DNA from: the human T2T-CHM13v2.0 reference genome, Homo sapiens
DNA: 64,000 nt
Direction: 5' to 3' (one strand)
Assembly (NCBI RefSeq): GCF_009914755.1
Contig: NC_060927.1
Shown piece after piece: positions 45,158 through 64,000 of the stretch; position 1 is the stretch's first letter; each line of letters begins with the position of its first letter. The translations under genes were made by a program, and so were the position numbers. The notes beneath the pieces were generated by a model. It did not search any database. It was not told the DNA's origin and was given only the letters and a program-made list of their open reading frames with translations.

Positions 45158-46576
45158 CTCTAGGGTCACCACTTTTTGTATTTTCAGGTGAGGAAGCTGA
45201 GGCTCAGACAGGGGAAGGGTCCTGCGCAAGATTTCACACCTGTAGTGAGTTAACATCCGGGCTAGAATGAGGACCAGGTCTCCTGGCTCTGGCCTCTGAT
45301 GTTCTCTGGGGATTGTTCTTTGACCAGTGAAGGAAAAAACCCTTCCTGACCTTCTGATCAACTGAAGATAGTCTGGGAAATCACATTTCCACCCTTCCCA
45401 AATCTCTGTCTGTGGGCAGCACTGTCTCTGGCTGGCCTGTCTCTTTCTTTGTATGTCCTGTGGCGAAAGTGGGCTTTGGTACTCTACTGCTGCTTAAAGT
45501 TACCCGAATGTATTTCAGCCTCTTCACTTCCATATCCAATTTAATAATTATTCATGGGACATTTGTCCATCAATTTGTGACCGTTTAGAGATTAATATTA
45601 ATGCCATCATTTTTCACACGTGGCCTATTAAACTCAGGCCTATATTATGTCAAGAAAAAGCAAGTTAAAGACAGCATAGGATACAAGAGTGACCACAGGA
45701 GAAATAGAAGTGGTCAAATTTTTGCTTGGATCTAAGATTTTGCTTTTAGTTTGATATAATTTCAGTGAAATATTATTTCACCAAATGAGAGTTTTCTGTA
45801 ATATCCTCTAGCCTATATTTTCAAGGTGGGAAATATCTTATTGTAGGCAAAATCAAATTAAAGTAAAAATGATTTTGATTGTTGACTAATTATCTAAATG
45901 AAGGCATTATGAAATGGGTTTCATAAGAATATTAATGTGTTGAATTTCGCTGGCTGAGAAGAATAACAAGAATTGTGTTGTTGTGGGTCCTGAGTATTAG
46001 TTTAATTTAAGTGATTGCTTTATTGGGTTGCAGATTGTCACAGTGGCATTGATGGACCATAAAATGCAAATAACTGTCACCTGATAATTACATATTAGAA
46101 CTGGGTACAGAAAGAATTGACCTTGAATGATTGAGGGAATTAAAATAAGTACTCTTTTCCAAAATATTGGGGAAGAAAGCTAGCCCACTTAAAGTTGGAC
46201 TCAATTCAAGGCAATAAATCTTGACTAAGGGCGTTCTATACCTAAGGAATGCACTATGCTAGGTGGGTTTTGGATCTGCATTGGGCCTCAAGGACCAGTG
46301 TCTGAATTGTTAGGTAAATGGATGCAGAACACGTGTGCATTTATAAATGTGTACATAACAATAAATATTTATTGGAAGAATTATTGATTGAATGATGGAG
46401 GCAGAAACCCAGTGTTGACACTGATGTGATTATTTTCAGTTTCATGGGAGCAAAGGCATCAGATCACAATGTATGAACCACGATATAATATGTCACTTTT
46501 GGTCAATGGAGAAATGGGGTTCAGGCCACAATTCTGATCCTTAATGCTGTCTTCTGTTTTTTTTTTTTTTTTTTAG

Positions 46577-46636
46577 CGTCTGGTGGAGGCTGCAGAAGAA
46601 GCACACCTGAAACATGAATTTGATGCAGACTTACAG
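46577..46636 (+). CDS. CACNA2D3: Internal coding exon (60 nt, phase 0-0) of voltage-gated calcium channel subunit alpha2delta-3, probably exon 4
   Basis: T18-AG acceptor ending 46576 and CAG|GTAACT donor at 46637. The stop-free frame RLVEAAEEAHLKHEFDADLQ matches the alpha2delta-3 N-terminal region as I recall it. The exon number is from memory. Confidence 0.93.
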
Positions 46637-47212
46637 GTAACTGATTATAGTTTGAGTTAAATTGTTTTGTGTGTTTCCTGCCAAAGGACAAGTACCAGGT
46701 ATACCAGGAATACTGATTTTTCAGTGATTGGGAGGGAGAGGCTTTTGAGAGGATGGTACTGAGTTGGAATCTTTGACAGGATTCTTAAGCAATCCGCAAC
46801 CACCTTCTAACAGTGACAGTTATAATGGGTGATGTCAAACACTCACATGTGTGTAATCAGATTTCAATAAACTATTCCCCAATTTAGGGGGAGTTAAATC
46901 GGTCAACTGACAATAATCACCAGATCTCTCAATGGTGAATTGATAAGATAGCAGAATACATCCAAATCCCACTTGGCTGGCTGCATTTTGGAATGCAAGT
47001 GACTGAAAGCAATACTGTGATGGATCTATCCTTGAATTGATTGTTAATAACATTTAAAAATTGAATCATTCACTGATTTGAGATTCAAACATCCATTTCA
47101 TTAATTTCTTGCAGTAGATCTTGTACCTGATCCTGACATGACTATGTCTGATAGAGAAGGATTTTGATGTCGATGTGTATAGAAAACATAGTAAAGGGCA
47201 ACAAGTTAATTA

Positions 47213-47584
<372 letters not shown>

Positions 47585-48809
47585 TTATCTAAATTGGCAC
47601 TTTGAGTTTTGTGACCTTTCCTCACCACTAGGAAAACAGAAGGAGCAAATCTTAAAGTTTGAGCTTTGCTAGACATATTTCTTTTAGTGGCATGTGGTCA
47701 CAATTTGGAAATAGTGTTGACTTTCCTATATTCCCATTTATATGGGGAATAGAAAGGCAGACATAAATCATTAAGCACAAAAAAAGATGGCAGTACCAAA
47801 GCTGACCACCGGCTGCATGTCTCTCTGGAAGATGTGTCCTTGTCATCACCCTCATCTGTGTCTTTTGCTTTGTGGGTACAACAATGCATATTCAAGTGGG
47901 GTGATCAAGGAAAGTTTAATTAAGGAAATATTTTCAAATGTATACTCGGGGTTAAGTGAAACCAACATGCAGTGGTGTTCAGATAGACCAAAAGGCAATG
48001 GTGGCATACCCCAGAGCTGGCCATACTTATGACCTGAAGAGAGGAAAACTAGGGTTTCCAGAACTCAGGGAAGATGGCTACATGGAAAAAGGATTTGATA
48101 GAGGAGTATAGACACCCATGGTGAGCTGGAAAGGGTGAAATTTGGGATAATGATACCCAAGTACTCTCTTGCTTTCTTATTTCTTGCCAGTACTCACCGT
48201 TGGCTGAATCCAGCTGTTGGTATGGTTGATGCAGTTCAGTTCAGTCATTGAGCTGGGTGAGGAAGGTTGAAGAATGGTTCTGGAGGGGCAAACAAAAAAT
48301 ATCAAGTCCATCATCAGCAGTCTTTTTAGGCATAATACTCAACATTTGAAACAAATAGAGCCAGAGGTATAGCTAAGCATAAGAGGGGAATGAGGAGAAG
48401 CTCTGAGGATGGTTGGAAACATTGGAAGAGGAGTCGGCAGCTGGCCCAGCTCTTTGAGCGAAGCTGCTGAGAAGGGACAGAAGATAGTGAGAAGAACCTT
48501 GGATATAGCAAGAAGTACCTTACCTTCCTAAAGCCATACTCAGTTCTCACAAAGATCTAGGGGCCATTTACTGGCCACATTTGTCTTCTTTGAGCCTGAT
48601 TGTCAGAGAATTTGGACTTGTAGAGTGGGCCAGAAGGGATTTAATGGCAGCATCAGGAAGCACTTTGGCAGGTGTGAAGATTATAAGGACCTCTTGAGTG
48701 CAATGCCCAGGGAAACTGTGTCACTTTTCTCAGAAGTTCCTGAAGGCTTTTCAGGAATATTCTGATTTTAAGTGACAGAAACTCAACTCATATCAACTTA
48801 GCTTGTAAC

Positions 48810-49830
48810 AATGAATAAAATAAGAATCCATGAGTCCGCTTGATAATAAATAAACAGATAGATAGATTAAAAAATAGACAAATGGGCCAGGCTGGGTGGC
48901 TCACACCTGTAGTCCCAGCACGTTGGGAGGCCAAGGCGGGTGTATCAGGAGTTTGAGACCAGCTTGGCCAACATGGTGAAACCCTGTCTCTACTAAAAAT
49001 ACAAAAATTAGCCGGGCATGGTGGCAGGTGCCGGTAATCCCAGCTACTCAGTAGGCTGAGACAGGAGAATCGCTTGAAGCTGGGAGGTGGATGTTGGAGT
49101 CAGCCGAGATCACGCCAGTGCACTCCAGCCTGGGCAACAAAGAGCGAAACTCCGTCTTAAAAAAAAAAAAAGACAAATGAGGGGGAATGTCTTAGAAGGC
49201 AACTAATGCATATAGAAAAATGATTGAGTTAGAAAATTATGGTAATTAACTGAGGCAAGAATCTTCAGTGGATGCTAAAATTAGTTGGCAAAAGTTTGGT
49301 GAAGAACAGGACACTTATAGTCTCAAACTATTTGCCCACAAGTTACTCATCAATTACAAAGGGAAAAATAGCAATTTTATTGTGGAGAAACCTGATAGAC
49401 ACCACCTTAAACAAATAATCGAAGTTAATGTCACCAATAATGAGACAAAGTGACATCAAGTGCCTCCAGATGTGATGACTCAGAAAAATATAACACAGTT
49501 ATGTAGAATTCTTGCCCAAAATGTGTAGCCTGACTGTAATCATGATAAAACATCAGACAAATCTAGACTGAGGAACATTCTACAGAGTAACTGTCTGGAC
49601 TCGTCTTCAAAAATGCCAAGATCAAGAAGGAGAAAGAAATGTTGAGGATTTGCTCCTAATTCAAAGAGATGAGGACACATGACTACTACATGCAATGTGT
49701 GATCCTGAACTGGATCCTGAACTAGAAAACAAAGTTTTAATATGGACTGTGCATTAGAAAACAATGCTGTATTAATGTTGGATTGTTGGATCTTCATCCC
49801 TATACTGTGATTATGTTAAGGAATGTCCTC
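48810..49830 (+). mobile_element. L1MC/L1MD 3'UTR fragment
   Basis: tacaaagggaaaaatag..tggagaaacctg..agacaccacctt..aaacatcagacaaa motifs. Confidence 0.7.
48885..49171 (+). mobile_element. AluS inserted in an L1MC/MD relic
   Basis: Alu dimer with a small left-arm deletion; TSD agacaaatg. Confidence 0.9.
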
Positions 49831-51355
49831 ATTCTTTGATTTTTTCTGGCTTCATTGGTTCAACAGGAAGGAGTGATTGTGCGGGAGAGAGTGAGAAACA
49901 TTATTGGAAGTGATGACTGCTTTGTAAAATCTGTTATTTATGGCTCATGTGGTCAGTTTTACTGAGAGACAAGGGTTGGTGGGATGGGGCATGGGAGGGG
50001 ATGATGTGGTTGACTTTTGGGGATTACTTATCCTTCAGCAGATGAAAAATGTTTTGTGGTTTTAGTTCAGCCAACATAGAGACATTCTTTTTTGTCCATC
50101 TGAAGCTATTATTATTTTCCAAGAGTGTTCTGATTTCCTATTTCCGAAGTTTTACAGTAAAATTCTGGTGTAGCACAAGCAATTCCCTCTGTCAAAGAGG
50201 GTGCTGTGATTGTGAATGCAGCATTGGCATCTCTCTTGAAAAAATGAGGCACCAAGAAAATAAGTCTCTAGTTTTTGTTCTCTTGGGAACAAGGAAAGGG
50301 AGCTAAAGTTTTCCTCCCCAGTCACCTGTTCTGGACATGTACAACAAAAGCATCAGAGGGTACCATTGTGGTCTGAACATAAGAGTAGATGTTGAAATAC
50401 TCTGTCAATATGACAATGCCATTCACACTGGTGCTCCGACCTCAGTGAACTCCTCTATGGGTCAAAGTAAACCACATGCACTTTGGTGGAGACCTGTGAA
50501 AGAGAGGCCTTTGATAAACTGGCTGTGCATGGAAGGATTTGTCTTGGCTTAGATGAAGGTTTTGAAGCTACTGAAGCTTCTATGCTATTAAGTGCAAGTA
50601 TATTAACAGCTTGGGTGTCAGCCCCATTGCTATTACTGAGGTGGCAGGTCTGTGTACTGGCTCTGAATTTATTACTATGATGGTCCGTTAGAGCTGATCA
50701 ATTGTTAATCTGGGTTCTGCTGACCTCTCAGCAACCCCTGGCAGATAATTGTTTTTATCAAAAAAATTTCAGACTACCATCTGCTCACTGTGAAATAACG
50801 CTGAGAAGGAACCTACCCTATTAGCTCAGGAGGAGTACAGGGAGCTGGAAGTCTGTTTTCATACTGAAAAAAAAAAAAGTGATTTTGCAAAATTTCCTAA
50901 CCTGTGTAGTTTTAACTCATATATATCTTAGCTTCCGTCTTCCCAAAACAGAAAAGAGATGATGGATCTGCCCCTTCTCTCGCTTTAGACTGGAGACGTT
51001 GCATCATTGCAACATTCATGTGCTTCAAAGTGAAGAATTTGCTTTTCGTTGGTAAAATAATCAAAAGTTAGAAAAAGAAAGTTACAACTCCTTTATTATT
51101 ACAATTTTATTTTCCATTTAAATTCCCCTTGCCATCTTTTCAGAGGTTTAACTTTTCCCCGTGACCTTATGGCTTGGACATCTACAGCCCCCTCTGTAAT
51201 GTCCTTACTATGGCATTCGATTGTTAGTTGTTAACAAAAACTGTATTGGGGCAAGAGGCAAAATGCAGCTCCTGAAGGATAGCATGTGTGAACAAACCAA
51301 AATGCAGAATCCTCCATAGAAAACAGATGTGCTTGGCCTTCATTGGCGGGGTGGC

Positions 51356-51673
51356 TTTCTTTCTTTCTTTCTTTCTTTCTTTTTTTTTTTTGAAACAGAG
51401 TCTTGATCTGTCACCCAGACCGGAGTGCAGTGGTGCGATCTCAGCTCACTATAACCTGCGCCTCCCAGCTTCAAGTGATTCTCATGCCTCAGCTTCCCCA
51501 GTAGCTGGGATTACAGGTGTGCACCATGACACCCAGCTACTTCTTGTATTTTTTGTGGATACCGGGTTTCACCATGTTGGTTAGGCTGTTCTCGAGCTCC
51601 TGGGCTCAAGTGACCTGCCTGACTTGGCCTCCCAAAGTGCTGGGATTATAGGTATGAGCCACCATGCCCAGCC
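51356..51673 (-). mobile_element. Old Alu (J/S) with (TTTC)n tail
   Basis: Reverse Alu dimer. Confidence 0.9.
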
Positions 51674-52774
51674 TGGCAGGGTAACTTTCTTGTGGACACT
51701 GGTGTCAGTTCAGCCCTCTGGCTTGTCCCTCTTTCTGGTGGCCTGTGGGTTCTAGATTGGCCTTCTCTTGGTGTAGTTCTTTATTCCCTGATATCTTCAT
51801 TGGGTCAATTTTCAGTCATAATTGACAATAGAGGCCTTATTATAATAGCATCTCTCTCCTTTTTTACTTTATGCTGCGAATTAACATAGGCTTTTCTTAA
51901 AAGATTGATAGTTCCAATGAGAACAGAGTTTTAAAAAATACTACCCTATGTCTCAGTTATTACATGTAATTATTTTAGTGTTTCATCCTCATTATTTTGA
52001 TGGCAAAACCCAATTCCAGGTGGAGAAGCAGGAGACCCTAGCTTTGAATACCTAGCCATTGATGAATTTCCAGAAAATTAAGTCTATACATGTTCTAGTA
52101 CAATTCAGAATGCGTTCCCCCTCTTACATACTCTTTCTTTTTGAGTTTTTCCACTGGCAGTAAAGAAGAAAAAAAAAATGTCCTTTTGACAGTTTACTAA
52201 AAACCTGCTTATCTTTGAACCACAAACATATTTTCTTTGAAAGCTGTCTCAAATAAGTGCCAGTTGCACAGAGCGGGTGCACAGAGAGAGAAAAAAATAT
52301 GGTTTTGAATTGTGTATCCTGCAGAAGCTTTTTCTATTACAAAGTTTTCTATGATAGTTTTTCTTTGTTGTTTTGTAAGTAATAGGGAAAAAGAGAAGTG
52401 TGGTGACATTCAGAGGGATAACAGGTATGGAAGGGAAAGGAGCTGGCAGCACACTTCCTCCTGGTCCTCACCAAGCTGGAAGAGCCTACCTTGCAAATGT
52501 AGTGGCCTGATTTCAAAGGTGGGGTGGGGGCTTTGGAGTGGAGGGGGAATAAAGACTGTTGGTGGGAAACCTCTGAGATAAGATGACTTCCGATACTTCC
52601 TAGAGCAGCTTACTCTACCTGCTTACCTGTTACAATGGGAGCTTTGTGTTGAAGGAAACCCAGGAAAGGAGAGAAAGGGCAGCTCAGGAGCCCCAGCACT
52701 CAGTGTAGAACTTCTTTCACCATCCACTAGGAAAAGGAAGCCTTTCTAGGAAAAAGGATTAGCAAGGACAGTGG

Positions 52775-54180
52775 GAGAGTGATGTCAACAAGATGGCTGG
52801 CTAGAAGAAGCCCTTAGTGCTTGTCCCCCGCCACCCTGCAAAGACAGCCAAAGCAAAGAATAAACTGCTGGATTTTGATGAAAATAACTAAACAGGGCTG
52901 AAGTGCATCAAAGGAGTAACAGAAGCCCTGTAGACCACAGAAGCTCAGGATGGACGCATAGAGAAGGGAAGCACCTTGCTTCTGCTACCCCATCCCCAAG
53001 GTGGGGTCAGTTCAAAACCAGGAGTTACTTCTCCCTGTGGAAAAAAGGTGAGCAAGAAGACTGCCGGAAGCACCCATCGTCGACGTGGACACTTGTAGTG
53101 CTCTCCACTGGGGACTCCTACCGACCTCACAGGTGCTCAGGTCAGCTGAGGGAGCTGGCTGGTGTCCACACAGCTGCACTTTCCCCAGAGAAGCAGCTGA
53201 CACTGTGTCCTGTCCCCTGTGACCCATGTGGGTACTGCACCGTCTTTGAACTTGAACCACTGCTGGAGTGTGTGTCTGGCTCTGGTGCAGTTAGCCACAG
53301 CACCCTGTCGTCCCTGAGGCTTTGTTGCCACTGAACCACCCTTGCCTGCTGGCCCACCATCCCTAAGCTGAGCTGCTGCTACATGCTACCCCAGGGGCCA
53401 AGCTGGTGTGTAGCTGCTCTACCTACCCCTCCCAGTCACTATCGTGCTTCGCCCCTCAGAGCTTAAGCAGAAGCAGCACCCTGCATCCTGGGGAATTGGT
53501 GCCTTGTCTGCCCAGAGCAGTAAGGCTTCCTGTGCCTGAGCTAAAGAGGTACATCAACTCGTGGGGAAATGGAGCCATAGCCAGACTGAGCAGCCACACA
53601 TCCCTGGGCTGATCTGACGTGGTATCCCACGTCCCAGGGAAACAGGGCGTTGGTTGAGCTGGGACACCTTGCCCTACTGGCTGAAGAACTGTAGTACCCT
53701 GCTTCCCTAGAACTGGACTGTCCTTGCAGAGTATGAGACACCCGTCTTCTTGGGGAGTGGGGTCATCACTGTGCTGTTCCCTGCCTTCCAGGATGCAAGC
53801 AGCAGCTAGGCTTTGCCATTTTGGGTACCTTGTTGCTGCTGCATGTGTCCATACAGGGTCTAGGATGCTTCTGTGTCTCACCATCTGGGGGTCCAGAGTT
53901 ACCACTATGAGGTAGGCATCTCATTCACTGGGGCCTGAATTGCCACTGTGCCTGTTGGCACTGGTTCCCAAATTGCAGCTTTACCTTGCTCCCTGGGCTC
54001 AAATCGTCAGAGCACCCCTTCTTCCTCAGAGAAAGGCCAGTTCTGTGTCCTGTCCCCTGGGGTCAGAGTTACAACTACAACCCAGCTCCCCGGAGCGGCC
54101 TTAGCTGCTTGGTTGTGCCCCAGAATCACAGATCCTGGTGTGTAGGCAATCTGCCTGCAACCCTGCCTTGGAGAGTGAAC
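52775..54180 (+). mobile_element. 5'UTR of an ancient L1 (L1M/L1MA/L1PB-like), left piece, split by the L1HS
   Basis: Begins GAGTGATGTCAACAAGATGGCTG (YY1-type L1 5' end), followed by a GC-rich degenerate UTR. It continues after the L1HS TSD into ORF1/ORF2 relics. Confidence 0.7.
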
Positions 54181-54399
54181 ATTTTTTTTTTTTTTATTAT
54201 TATACTCTAAGTTTTAGGGTACATGTGCACATTGTGCAGGTTACATATGTATACATGTGCCATGCTGGTGCGCTGCACCCACTAACGTGTCATCTAGCAT
54301 TAGGTATATCTCCCAATGCTATCCCTCCTCCCTCCCCCGACCCCACCACAGTCCCCAGAGTGTGATATTCCCCTTCCTGTGTCCATGTGATCTCATTGT

Positions 54400-58245
<3,846 letters not shown>

Positions 58246-58284
58246 TCATTAGTTGATGCAGTTTCTTCCTAGTCTCGATGGTCT

Positions 58285-59301
58285 TTACATTTTGGCATGA
58301 TTTTGCAGCGGCTGGTACCGGTTGTTCCTTTCCAGGTTTAGCGCTTCCTTCAGGAGCTCTTTTAGGGCAGGCCTGGTGGTGACAAAATCTCTCAGCATTT
58401 GCTTGTCTATAAAGTATTTTATTTCTCCTTCACTTATGAAGCTTAGTTTGGCTGGATATGAAATTCTGGGTTGAAAATTCTTTTCTTTAAGAATGTTGAA
58501 TATTGGCCCCCACTCTCTTCTGGCTTGTAGGGTTTCTGCTGAGAGATCCGCTGTTAGTCTGATGGGCTTTCCTTTGAGGGTAACCCGACCTTTCTCTCTG
58601 GCTGCCCTTAACATTTTTTCCTTCATTTCAACTTTGGTGAATCTGACAATTATGTGTCTTGGAGTTGCTCTTCTCGAGGAGTATCTTTGTGGCGTTCTCT
58701 GTATTTCCTGAATCTGAACGTTGGCCTGCCTTGCTAGATTGGGGAAGTTCTCCTGGATAATATCCTGCAGAGTGTTTTCCAACTTGGTTCCATTCTCCAC
58801 ATCACTTTCAGGTACACCAATCAGACGTAGATTTGGTCTTTTCACATAGTCCCATATTTCTTGGAGGCTTTGCTCATTTCTTTTTATTCTTTTTTCTCTA
58901 AACTTCCCTTCTCGCTTCATTTCATTCATTTCATCTTCCATTGCTGATACCCTTTCTTCCAGTTGATCGCATTGGCTCCTGAGGCTTCTGCATTCTTCAC
59001 GTAGTTCTCGAGCCTTGGTTTTCAGCTCCATCAGCTCCTTTAAGCACTTCTCTCTATTGGTTATTCTAGTTATACATTCTTCTAAATTTTTTTCAAAGTT
59101 TTCAACTTCTTTGCCTTTGGTTTGAATGTCCTCCCGTAGCTCAGAGTAATTTGATCATCTGAAGCCTTCTTCTCTCAGCTCGTCAAAATCATTCTCCATC
59201 CAGCTTTGTTCTGTTGCTGGTGAGGAACTGCGTTCCTTTGGAGGAGGAGAGGCGCTCTGCGTTTTAGAGTTTCCAGTTTTTCTGTTCTGTTTTTTCCCCA
59301 T
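58285..59301 (-). pseudogene. L1 ORF1 (338-codon frame) disrupted by nonsense R49*
   Basis: ATG at 59301-59299 (MGKKQNRK...). Codon 49 reads TGA (59157-59155) in GGC TTC AGA TGA TCA AAT. The frame from M91 onward is open (248 aa in ORF track). Confidence 0.93.
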
Positions 59302-60186
59302 CTTTGTGGTTTTATCTACTTTTGGTCTTTGATGATGGTGATGTACAGATGGGTTTTCGGTGTAGATGTCCTTTCTGTTTGTTAGTTTTCCTTCTAACAG
59401 ACAGGACCCTCAGCTGCAGGTCTGTTGGAATACCCTGCCGTGTGAGGTGTCAGTGTGCCCCTGCTGGGGGGTGCCTCCCAGTTAGGCTGCTCGGGGGTCA
59501 GGGGTCAGGGACCCACTTGAGGAGGCAGTCTGCCCGTTCTCAGATCTCCAGCTGCGTGCTGGGAGAACCACTGCTCTCTTCAAAGCTGTCAGACAGGGAC
59601 ACTTAAGTCTGCAGAGGTTACTGCTGTCTTTTTGTTTGTCTGTGCCCTGCCCCCAGAGGTGGAGCCTACAGAGGCAGGCAGGCCTCCTTGAGCTGTGGTG
59701 GGCTCCACCCAGTTCGAGCTTCCCAGCAAGCCTGGGCAATGGCGGGCGCCCCTCCCCCAGCCTCGTTGCCGCCTTGCAGTTTGATCTCAGACTGCTGTGC
59801 TAGCAATCAGCGAGATTCCGTGGGCGTAGGACCCTCTGAGCCAGGTGTGGGATATAGTCTCGTGGTGCGCCGTTTTTTAAGCCGGTCTGAAAAGTGCAAT
59901 ATTCGGGTGGCAGTGACCCGATTTTCCAGGTGCGTCCGTCACCCCTTTCTTTGACTCGGAAAGGGAACTCCCTGACCCCTTGCGCTTCCCAGGTGAGGCA
60001 ATGCCTCGCCCTGCTTCGGCTCGCGCACGGTGCGCACACACACTGGCCTGCGCCCACTGTCTGGCACTCCCTAGTGAGATGAACCCGGTACCTCAGATGG
60101 AAATGCAGAAATCACCCGTCTTCTGTGTCGCTCACGCTGGGAGCTGTAGACCGGAGCTGTTCCTATTCGGCCATCTTGGCTCCTCC
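59302..60186. promoter_or_regulatory. L1HS 5'UTR: CpG-rich sense (Pol II internal) and antisense promoter
   Basis: CpG-dense. YY1 site CAAGATGGCCG intact (rc 60168-60178), RUNX-region motif intact (~60089-60107), one SOX site retained (~59628-59638) and one deleted at 59724/59725. Confidence 0.88.
59739..59954 (+). CDS. L1 ORF0 (antisense ORF in 5'UTR), 71 aa
   Basis: MAGAPPPASLPPCSLISDCCASNQRDSVGVGPSEPG...RHPFL* from the ATG at 59739. Internal donors CAG|GTGTGG (after 59844) and CAG|GTGCGT (after 59929). Confidence 0.85.
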   Translation: MAGAPPPASLPPCSLISDCCASNQRDSVGVGPSEPGVGYSLVVRRFLSRSEKCNIRVAVTRFSRCVRHPFL

Positions 60187-60196
60187 GAGAGTGAAC

Positions 60197-64000
<3,804 letters not shown>

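Overview
Human-type (primate) intronic DNA, mostly interspersed repeats. There is no prokaryotic-style system and no CRISPR array. One 60-nt internal coding exon (46577-46636, + strand, RLVEAAEEAHLKHEFDADLQ) matches CACNA2D3 (calcium-channel alpha2delta-3, probably exon 4; recognised from memory), so the rest of the window is flanking intron. The dominant feature is a full-length human-specific pre-Ta L1HS (54181-60186) antisense to the gene. It has an open 1273-aa ORF2, an intact ORF0, an ORF1 broken by one nonsense change (R49*) and an ~18-bp 5'UTR deletion that removes a SOX site. It is nested in the 5'UTR of a much older sense-strand L1. Also present are ~15 Alus (one three-monomer), a MER41A solo LTR, MaLR LTR, hAT MITEs, L1M/L2/MIR relics, a U6 retropseudogene and an unexplained CpG-undepleted patch at ~41240-41620. 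I found no clearly new biological system; the best leads are the defective-but-ORF2-open L1 and the CpG patch.
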